A stretch of DNA of 33,333 bases from Mycobacteriales bacterium (lineage in GTDB: Bacteria; Actinomycetota; Actinomycetes; JALYNC01): NCBI GenBank assembly GCA_051000715.1, contig JBPCOB010000202.1, positions 1 to 33,333 of the forward strand. Reading direction: 5' to 3'. The position numbers and the translations under genes are program-made. How positions within the stretch are numbered: the stretch's first letter is position 1; each line of letters begins with the position of its first letter. Of the stretch, positions 17,506 to 25,568 are shown in pieces. The notes beneath the pieces were generated by a model that was given only the letters and a program-made list of their open reading frames with translations, was not told the origin of the DNA and did not search any database.

Positions 17506-19341
17506 ATGCTCATCAAGCGGGTCCAAGTGGAAGAGGGGTTCCTTCACGGCCTCGATCTGCAGCTTGGCCATGGGCTAACGGTGCTGATCGGCGCACGTGG
17601 ATCCGGCAAGACGTCGATCATCGAGTTGATCAGATTTTGTCTCGCAGCGCGCCCCTTGTCGGAGGCCCGGGAGCAAGCCTCACGTCAGCAAGTCACGGCT
17701 GTCCTGGGCTCAGGAAAAGTCACCATGACGCTCGAACTGCATGGTGAAGAGGTCACCGTGTCGCGATCGGCTGATGACGGGCCGCGATACTCGGTGATGA
17801 AGGCTGTCTCAAGCCCCCTCGTCCTGTCGCAGAACGAGATCGAGTATGTCGGCCGTGACCCAGCATCGCGCCTGCGTTTGCTGGACGGTTTCGCTCCCTC
17901 GCTGGATGATAATGCGCGGTCAGACGACGCAAAGCGCGCGCTAATCTCGTCGCTGACGGTGGAGCTCCGCGGTGTCCTTAGTCAGCTTCGAGATGCCGAG
18001 GATGAGTTGGCGAAGCTCGCGGCGGTCTCGGCCCAACTCGCGGAGGCTCGACAGGAGGCGGACAGGGCAAGTTCAACTGTGGAACAGACAGCGCCCCAAC
18101 GTGCGCGGCTGCAACAGCTTCAGGGATTGACGGCCGCAGCCACCGTTCGGTTGGAAACCTATGGCAGAGCCATTACCCTCGTTCGCCAGGAGCTCGAGCG
18201 TGTTCGGTCACTGCGACAGGGCATCCAACTCGACGCGTGGCCGGCCGCGGCCGCGACTGAAGATCCCTTGACGGACGTGCGAACGGGACTAGCGGCAGCC
18301 GCGCGTGCCGTCGCGCAAGCGGAGTCCCAGTATGTCGCGGCAATGCAACGCATTGGAGCGCTACAACAGGCCGAACAACAGCAGCACATGGTTTACGAGG
18401 ATGAAGCTCGAACGCTCAGGACGCACATCGATTCGTTGTCCGAGGGCGCAGGCGTCCTGATGAAGAGAGTCAGCGACCTGGTGACCCTGGAACAGCGTGC
18501 CGACGCTCTGGACGAGCACGTTCTGGCGTTGCGGTCCAAGGGCAGCGAACTAAAGGAACGTCGGGATGGGGAACTGGACACTCTGGACGCACTGCGCGAG
18601 AGTCGGATCAATGTGCGTGAGCAGGCTGCCGCCTTCCTGAATAGAGGGTTGGGACCACGAATTCGCGTAACGGTCAATCGATTCGGGTCCATGGATAGGT
18701 ACACGAACGCAATCGCTGAAGCTCTCCGCGGCAGCGGCCTCCAGTACAATGTGCTTGCGCCCGAGCTTGCCCGGTCGATAAGTCCTCGTGAACTCGCGCT
18801 CGCGGCCGAGCGAGGCGACGCGGCGGAGATTTCGACGTTGACAAAGATCTCAATGGATCGCGCTCAGCGCGTGGCAAGCCATCTGCGCGACGTGGGAACC
18901 GAGCAGATTCTCACCTCCCCTCTTGAAGACACGGTTCAACTTGCTCTGCTGGACGGTGGCAGGTACAAGCCAGCCGAGGACCTGTCGGTGGGTCAGCGCT
19001 GCACGGCCGTGCTGCCGATTATTCTGAGCCACACTGAGCGCGTCTTGCTTGTTGACCAACCCGAAGATAACCTTGACAACTCGTTCGTCGCAGATACCTT
19101 GGTCAAAGTGCTGCGAAATCGGCCGGAGACTTCGCAGCTGATCTTTGCGACTCACAACCCCAACATTCCCGTGCTTGGCGAGGCCAACTGCGTCGTGTTC
19201 CTTACCTCGGACGGGAAGCGCGGCGAAGTGGCAAACGTGGGTGTCCTCGATGACAGCGAGAGCGTGCGAGCGATCACCGAGATCATGGAGGGAGGCCGCA
19301 AGGCCTTCGAAACGCGCGCCGCATTCTACGCGCAGGACTAG
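17506..19341 (+). CDS. SMC/RecN-like ABC ATPase with long coiled coil (TrlF/Ppl-ATPase-like C-terminus)
   Basis: Walker A GARGSGKTS, Q-loop LSQNEIE, coiled-coil middle, signature LSVGQR, Walker B/D-loop LLVDQPEDNLD, H-loop ATHNPN, terminal MEGGRKAFETR. Confidence 0.88.
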   Translation: MLIKRVQVEEGFLHGLDLQLGHGLTVLIGARGSGKTSIIELIRFCLAARPLSEAREQASRQQVTAVLGSGKVTMTLELHGEEVTVSRSADDGPRYSVMKAVSSPLVLSQNEIEYVGRDPASRLRLLDGFAPSLDDNARSDDAKRALISSLTVELRGVLSQLRDAEDELAKLAAVSAQLAEARQEADRASSTVEQTAPQRARLQQLQGLTAAATVRLETYGRAITLVRQELERVRSLRQGIQLDAWPAAAATEDPLTDVRTGLAAAARAVAQAESQYVAAMQRIGALQQAEQQQHMVYEDEARTLRTHIDSLSEGAGVLMKRVSDLVTLEQRADALDEHVLALRSKGSELKERRDGELDTLDALRESRINVREQAAAFLNRGLGPRIRVTVNRFGSMDRYTNAIAEALRGSGLQYNVLAPELARSISPRELALAAERGDAAEISTLTKISMDRAQRVASHLRDVGTEQILTSPLEDTVQLALLDGGRYKPAEDLSVGQRCTAVLPIILSHTERVLLVDQPEDNLDNSFVADTLVKVLRNRPETSQLIFATHNPNIPVLGEANCVVFLTSDGKRGEVANVGVLDDSESVRAITEIMEGGRKAFETRAAFYAQD

Positions 19342-19346
19342 AGCAA

Positions 19347-20252
19347 ATGGACCGAAACGAGGCACTCGAACTGCTCCGCGCGGGCTCCCAGCGAGAACGG
19401 CTGTCCGCTGCTCGCTTCTTGGCCAGGCTTGCCGACGAGCAAGATCTGCCGGTTCTACGCGCATCGCTCAGAGCGGAGCGAATCCCGTGGATTCGCTCCG
19501 CTCTCGAAACAGCGACCGCGCGCGCGGCTGCCGCCCCCAGCGGACAGGCGACGCAAGACGAAACCGTGGTCCCGTTGGCTTCCGACGACGCGCTGGCCAA
19601 CGAGGTGTGGGCAAGGGCTACTGAGGAACTCACCGACAGATTCGTGCACGAGATTCGCCCTCTGCTGGGCCTTGCGCGCCTGCACGCGAGCCGGGAATTG
19701 CCAGACTTTGCAGGTAGCAAAACCGCTGTCGCGCTCGAACAAATCCGCAGCGTATTGAACGCGATCGACACGCTGGGCCAGGCTGCTGCCGCCCCAAAAG
19801 TTACTGACGTCGATCTCTCGAAACTTGTGGAAGAGGCGTCCTCGACCTGCGCAACAGAACTAGCGGCGGTTGGAGTCACGATCAACGAACCAAGACTCGA
19901 GGGTCCGAGTCCGCTGCCGACCGTTACCGATCCCACTCTCCTAAGCATGGCGTTCAGGAACGGGTTGCGAAACGCGCTCGAGGCTTCGGCGAAGGTTGAC
20001 GAGCCGGTCACGGTCACCTGGGGTAAGTCGAGCGTCGAACTGTGGATCACGGTCTTGGACTTCGGCGCCGGCTTGTCCTCTGACAGTGCAGCGTTATTCG
20101 CCCTCGGCTCGAGCACTAAGCCGAGTCACCTTGGGATGGGGCTGGCGATCGCAGAGCGTGCGATGGCGACCCTCGGCGGTGAGGTCTTACTGACTGCAGG
20201 ATCAGACGGTGCAACTCGATTCGAACTGAAGTGCCCCCGGATGGATTCGTAA
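19347..20252 (+). CDS. Soluble histidine kinase with N-terminal HEAT-like repeats
   Basis: H-box FVHEIRP, N-box NGLRNALEA, G1 DFGAG, F box LFALG, G2 HLGMGL; no TM segment; N-terminal RERLSAARFLARL...DLPVLRASL helical repeat. Confidence 0.85.
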   Translation: MDRNEALELLRAGSQRERLSAARFLARLADEQDLPVLRASLRAERIPWIRSALETATARAAAAPSGQATQDETVVPLASDDALANEVWARATEELTDRFVHEIRPLLGLARLHASRELPDFAGSKTAVALEQIRSVLNAIDTLGQAAAAPKVTDVDLSKLVEEASSTCATELAAVGVTINEPRLEGPSPLPTVTDPTLLSMAFRNGLRNALEASAKVDEPVTVTWGKSSVELWITVLDFGAGLSSDSAALFALGSSTKPSHLGMGLAIAERAMATLGGEVLLTAGSDGATRFELKCPRMDS

Positions 20253-20253
20253 C

Positions 20254-21667
20254 GTGCAGGTACTGCTCGTCGAAGATGTCGACTCACAGATCGAAGCCAT
20301 CATCGCTATTGCGGATGCTGGTATCACATTTCACGTGGCCAAGACAAGGGATGCGGCCTTCGCTCTCCTGACGAGCGTGGAGTTCGATGTCGCCGTGTGT
20401 GACATGCACATTCCTCCGGCCACGGGAGTGGTGGCCGACACCGAGCACGGCCTCGCTGTTCTCACTGCCATCCGGGCTCAATCTCCGGGGACCCCCATCA
20501 TCGCCTTCACCGCGTACAAGACCGCGGATGTATTGAGCGTGCTCTTAGAGGAGCAGCGGTACGAGGATTTCCTGGGAACGCTGAACGACCGTGCGATGCT
20601 CACGATCGTGGAGAAGGACGCATTGCCTGAGTTCATTGAGACGCTCATGGAGCTTGCACAGTCAATCGACGAGTTGAACTCGATCGAGGTCGCCCGAGGA
20701 CTCGTTCAGCCGCCGCTAGGCGCGTCCATGGAACGTGTGGTGCGTCTCTACGCGCGACGGAAGGGCTGCGCCCTGGTTCATGCCGAGGCGATGTCTGGGG
20801 GGCGGTCCGGCGTTCCCGTCCTACGACTGACTCTGGAGAGGAGAGACGGATCATCCGGCGGTGCTGCCGTGGCGCGGATCGCCTCGGTACCTGCCGCCAT
20901 TGAAGAACGGAGGCGCTTCGAGCAACGGGTGTCTGGCGCTCTTCCTCTCGGTAGTTACGCAGAGATTACCGGCGTTGTTCAGGCGGGCGCCGGCGCGACA
21001 GGCGCCGTGTTTTACCAGGTGGCCGATGTGCATGAACCGTTGTTCACCCAGCTTGCGCGAAGTGAATCCGATGCTGCGACTGCTGTGTCCAAGCTGGCGG
21101 TGCACCATGCCGTGTGGACGGCGGGGGCACCGGCGACGGACGAGTCTGTGGGGGAGATTCGGCGCGTGTTCATGGACGACCTGGCATGGGAGCGTAACGT
21201 CGTGCGATGCGGGCTTTCGCCTGACGTGGTGGCAGCCGTCGAAGGCGTCCTTGTCCTTGCGAGACGTTCGACTGTGCATGGCGACATGCACGTAGGGAAT
21301 GTCCTGGTGGCGACCGATCCCGTATTGATCGACTTCGCATCCGTTGCCAGACGGGCCCACATGTATGGATCCCGTCACCCTGGAACTGAGTGTGCTCTTC
21401 CACCCGGACGCGTCAGAGTGGGGGTACGCGTGGCCAACGGAGGACCAACTGAGCCGCTGGTCGGAATTGGATGCATACGTGGCGGGAGCACCATTCCCAG
21501 AGTTCCTGCGAGCGTGCCGGACATGGGCCTATGCGTCGGCTCGCGGCGACCGTGACGTTCTGGCGTGCGCGTACGGCTATGTCGCGTCGCAGAGTCGGTT
21601 TGGCACTTCGGACCCTGCTCGGCTGTCCGGACTGATGGCAGGGCTAGTGCCGTTGCTGCTCACCTAG
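20254..21667 (+). pseudogene. Receiver domain plus APH/protein-kinase-like phosphotransferase, split by a one-base frameshift near 21346-21349
   Basis: REC: VLLVED, VCDMHIP, AFTAY. Kinase: SGGRSG, HGDMHVGN, LIDF. A protein-like continuation DGPTCMDPVTLELSVLFHP runs in the next frame to the stop at 21667. Confidence 0.75.
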
Positions 21668-21731
21668 TACGTCCCTGGTATCTCAAGGCGCACTGACGAA
21701 GTGACGCTGCCGCCATGGAGACGCGCTGCCG

Positions 21732-21950
21732 TCAGTACTCTCGCGTTCCGGGATCGGTCGCAAGTCCGATCGCAGCCAGCAGTGGCGCTGTTGGGACGCG
21801 GATCAGGCGACCGACTCGGACCACGGGAGTGGGCCAGCGATCTTCTCGGACGAGACGGTAGGCGGCGGTCCGCCCGATGCCGAGCAACCCGGCAGCGGTC
21901 AGCAGATCGATCGTCGGCGGCAGCGCTTCAGCGTTGATTCGTTCGTTCAT
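21732..21950 (-). CDS. Excisionase-like HTH DNA-binding protein
   Basis: LPPTIDLLTAAGLLGIGRTAAYRLV...PVVRVGRLIRVP; ATGA overlap with the relaxase stop. Confidence 0.85.
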   Translation of the reverse strand: MNERINAEALPPTIDLLTAAGLLGIGRTAAYRLVREDRWPTPVVRVGRLIRVPTAPLLAAIGLATDPGTREY

Positions 21951-24871
21951 CGGTGCATCCCTTCGGCTCGGCGATACCGGGCGTCGTAGCTGACGTCCTG
22001 CCAGCGGCTGGCGAGATTGCGGGCTAGCTGCCAGGTGGCGAGCGTCTGGTTGTGCCGGACTGCCAGTCGGGTGGCGAGCCGGTCAAGGTGCCGCTCGTCC
22101 TCGACGAGCGACACCGGACCGCTGTCGAGCTCATCTGGGACGTAGAGGTGGTTGGCGGCCCGACCGCGGGACAGAGCGACGTAGCCGGCCTCTCGGGTCA
22201 GCACGCCGGCGCCGTAGAGCAAAGCGACCTCGACGGTGGCGCCCTGGGCCTTGTGGCATGTCATCGCGTACCCGTGGTCGAGGTGCCGACCGGCCCACTC
22301 GACCGGCACGGTCACCCGCTGGTGCTCGTCCGTGGCGAGGGTCATCGTCTTGTGCCGAACATCCACTGCTGTGACGGCGGCGAGGGTGCCGTTGAGCAGG
22401 CCGAGCAGGTGGTCATTGGCGGTCACGAGAACCCGGTCACCAGTTCGGTACTCGCGTCGCCGGTCACCCTGGCCGATGGTGACGGCGTCCAGCCCGAGCC
22501 GCCCGCTCTCGAGGAGCCGGGCACGCGTCGCGTCGTTGAGGTCAATTACGTCGGCACGCCGGACGGCGAGCATCACCACCCCGTTGGCAGACCCGTCGTC
22601 TTCTCCTAGAGCCACGGAGTCGCCTTCTCCCAGAGCCACGGAGTCGCTCTGCCCGACGTGGCGCAGATAGTCGTCGACGACCCGCTCCGCGAGCTCGGCC
22701 GCCGGCGCCGCGTGTACGCGCCCGTGCTCGGCGTACGCCGAAACGGCGGCGTCCGGGTCCCCGGCGCGTAGGTCCGCCAGCGCACGGCGTTCCCACGCCT
22801 CGGCCTGCCGCCGGTTGTCGGTCAGCGTGATCGTGTCCGGGTGGCGCGCAACGGCGGCGAACAGGCCGCCGGCGCCGATCTCGGGCAACTGCGCCGGGTC
22901 GCCGACGAGCACCAGCGTGCCGGCAGCGGCTCGGGTGTGGGCGAGCAGGGCGGAGAGGGTGCGGGTATCGACCATCGATGCCTCGTCGACCACCAGCACC
23001 CCGCTGCGCGGCAACCCGGCCGGACGGCCGGTGACCGGGTCTGTCCGTCGGGCCCTCACGAGGAGTCGGGCCAGGGATGTCGAGCGAATGCCGGTGGCGT
23101 GCTCGAGCCTCCGGGCGGTCACCGCGGCCACCGATCCGCCGGTGACCGGCCGGCCCTGCTCGCCCCACAGTCGGGTCGCGGCGGCGAGGGCGGCCGTCTT
23201 GCCGGCACCGGCCGGCCCGACTACCACCGCCAGCCCTTCCGCAGCGGCCAGCGATCGGACCATCGCCTGCTGCTCGGCCGTGAGGCCGTGGTCGGCCAAG
23301 GTCGCTTCTACCAGGTCGGCCGACACGGCCCTGGTCGGGGAGATCCGCAGATCGCCAGCCAGGCGCAGGGCGAACCGTTCGACGCCGAGGAGTTCGGTCG
23401 TCGACCAGCGGGCACCCTCCTCGCCGCGGGTGATCAGTCGGACCGTGTCGCGGTGCCGCAGCACCTGATCCGCGGCCGCCTCGACTTCAGCCCGGTTCAC
23501 CAGCAGCCCGGGCGGCAGCGACTGGCATAGGGCCTGAAGCATGTCGCGGCGGTCGAACCCGGTGGCTTGCGCGGTCAGCCCGGCTGGTCCCAGGAGGTGC
23601 GTGGCGAGCCGCTCGATCGTTGGAGGGGCCGGCACGCGAGTACGGCCGACCATGGCGGCAACCACCCGGCCGGGATGGTGTGCTGTGGCCCGAGTTCTGG
23701 CGGACCACCGTTCGCGCAGCGTGTGCTCCGGCTCGGCGGCTGGCTTGGCGAGTCGGGTGGCGAGGCACGCCGCCTGCGCCGCGGCCGGCCCGGAACAACC
23801 GTATGAGTCGAGAGACATCAGGATCTGGCGACGCCTCGTGGAGAACTCGCGGATCAGGTCCGAGGGAGCGCCGGCGATCTCGGCGATCCCTTTCTCCGGA
23901 GTGGTCCAGGCGACGCCGAGCCGTTGGGTGAGTTGCCCACGCAGCACCGCGTGGTAGAGGTAGCTGGCAGTCAGCGCGTGACCGTAGACCGCGCGGGAGT
24001 CGATCGCGGACCACTTTCCGTCATCGCCCCGGACCAGGTTCGGGACCACCAGGTGGGTGTGCAGCTGCGGGTCCCCAGTGCGGGAGGTGCGGTGCTCGAA
24101 TCCGGCCACGATCCACCCGGTGGTGCGCACTTGGGCGGCCCGCTGCCCGTCGCCCTGGTGGCCGCGCAGCCCGTGCCCCGCGTGGGCTTCGAGGTAGGCC
24201 AGCGCCTCGCCGACCGCGGTCAGGTGCGCCGCGCGGACCGCGGCCGCCACCTCCGGTGAGCCGAGCCCGTACAGGATGCTGACGCTCTTTGGGGTGGAGA
24301 TGGTGACGTCGATTCCGGCCCGGCGCACGTCTACCCGCCGCTTCCCGTGCGCCAGCGCGGCGGCGTACCGGTCGGGACCGTCCTCGGTGCGATAGAGCGC
24401 GTGCGGGTCCAGGCCTGCGACGGCGGCCAGCTGACCCGCCCGGGTCGCGCTTACGGTCGAGGCTCGGCCTCGGGCCGACCCGTCGACCCGCCGGGCCAAG
24501 CCCGTGAAACCGGCCCGGTCCTCCGGCCCGGCCATCAGCACCTCGATCTCGACGCCACGGCGGGCGGCCTGGGCGCGGATCGCCTCGACCAGTGGCCGGG
24601 CGGGGAGCCGGCCGCGGGGATCGGCGCGCAGCACCGGGGCCACAAGCACCCGCCCGTCCACGGCTTGTCCGTCCAGCAGTGAACGCAGCACCCGCTCACC
24701 CGCCGGGTGCAGCTCGCCACACAGGCCAGCCGCGGCGGCGCCAGCGCCGAGCCACTCCCCGGGGCGGTCACCGGCGCCGCTGTAGTAGTCCGACGCGCAG
24801 CCCGCGCCGCGGGCCAGGTAGTAGCCGGCCGGGTCCGGGCCGGCGGCGAGCATCGCGATCGAGATCACCAC
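21947..24871 (-). CDS. mobF: MobF (TrwC/TraI-like) relaxase with RecD-like helicase domain
   Basis: N-terminal ISIA..L, YY pairs (AGYYL, SDYYSG), D.T.S.PKSVS, HRTSR..DPQLHTH, FSTRR, GPAGAGKT, VVDEASM, GYAMTCHKAQGAT. The frame is open upstream to ATG 25132. Confidence 0.92.
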   Translation of the reverse strand: MVISIAMLAAGPDPAGYYLARGAGCASDYYSGAGDRPGEWLGAGAAAAGLCGELHPAGERVLRSLLDGQAVDGRVLVAPVLRADPRGRLPARPLVEAIRAQAARRGVEIEVLMAGPEDRAGFTGLARRVDGSARGRASTVSATRAGQLAAVAGLDPHALYRTEDGPDRYAAALAHGKRRVDVRRAGIDVTISTPKSVSILYGLGSPEVAAAVRAAHLTAVGEALAYLEAHAGHGLRGHQGDGQRAAQVRTTGWIVAGFEHRTSRTGDPQLHTHLVVPNLVRGDDGKWSAIDSRAVYGHALTASYLYHAVLRGQLTQRLGVAWTTPEKGIAEIAGAPSDLIREFSTRRRQILMSLDSYGCSGPAAAQAACLATRLAKPAAEPEHTLRERWSARTRATAHHPGRVVAAMVGRTRVPAPPTIERLATHLLGPAGLTAQATGFDRRDMLQALCQSLPPGLLVNRAEVEAAADQVLRHRDTVRLITRGEEGARWSTTELLGVERFALRLAGDLRISPTRAVSADLVEATLADHGLTAEQQAMVRSLAAAEGLAVVVGPAGAGKTAALAAATRLWGEQGRPVTGGSVAAVTARRLEHATGIRSTSLARLLVRARRTDPVTGRPAGLPRSGVLVVDEASMVDTRTLSALLAHTRAAAGTLVLVGDPAQLPEIGAGGLFAAVARHPDTITLTDNRRQAEAWERRALADLRAGDPDAAVSAYAEHGRVHAAPAAELAERVVDDYLRHVGQSDSVALGEGDSVALGEDDGSANGVVMLAVRRADVIDLNDATRARLLESGRLGLDAVTIGQGDRRREYRTGDRVLVTANDHLLGLLNGTLAAVTAVDVRHKTMTLATDEHQRVTVPVEWAGRHLDHGYAMTCHKAQGATVEVALLYGAGVLTREAGYVALSRGRAANHLYVPDELDSGPVSLVEDERHLDRLATRLAVRHNQTLATWQLARNLASRWQDVSYDARYRRAEGMHR
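22600..22647. repeat. 24-bp in-frame tandem duplication inside the relaxase
   Basis: CTTCTCC(T/C)AGAGCCACGGAGTCGC twice; encodes DSVALGE twice. Confidence 0.9.
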
Positions 24872-25568
24872 AGCGACCCCCCGCATTACGTGATCACCGA
24901 GCAGCGGGGTCCCGAAGACGCGACGGTGCGGCGGGGTAATAGCCGCGGTCACCTCTCCGATCAGCTGTGCCCCGCAACCGCCGCGCGGCGCCGGCAGGCC
25001 GTCTGCGCGCTCGTCGGTAACCACCGCCGGCGGGCCAGCGGGAAAGATGGCTCGCCCACGGGGGTCAGGTGCGGTCGTCCTGGGTCGTCGCCGGGTCTCG
25101 CGGGCGGCCGTAGTCTTCTGGACTGGGTCCATGGCCGGACGATGGCGGTGCGGGTTGTCCCGAGCGTTGCCCAGGGCGTTTGCCCCTGCGGGCCGTCACT
25201 CAGCCGGATATCCGGCGCGCGGGGACCCCCAAGACGAACCGGATGCTCTGTGTCGGGACCGCTGGTGACAACCTGAGGGCGCCGCCTGTGGACTCAGGCC
25301 TTGTCATCGGCGCGACCGGCGCACACGAGCCGTCAGACAGTCACGCGCGCCCAAGACCACCCCGCAGACACCGACAATGTCGGCGACCACCGCACGTCAG
25401 CTCGATCGCCCCAGAGCCCTGATCCTGCGCCGCCCTGCTGTTGGTCGACCACGCGGACCCCCATAGCCAGAACACACCCTGGTATCTGCGATACACGCGC
25501 CGCGCCAGCGCGGTGCATGGCCCGCAACTCTCTCCGCCCTCGCTCATCGTGCCGCTACCGTGATCAAC

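Noticed and set aside
17082-17578. Short ORFs between the tRNA and the ATPase
   Set aside because: Mutually overlapping, without motifs or RBS, and crossing the terminator and repeats.
17506-19341. Calling the ATPase Lamassu LmuB, Wadjet JetC, SbcC or RecN
   Set aside because: No LmuA/LmuC, JetABD or SbcD partners and no CxxC hook seen; the neighbours are two-component proteins.
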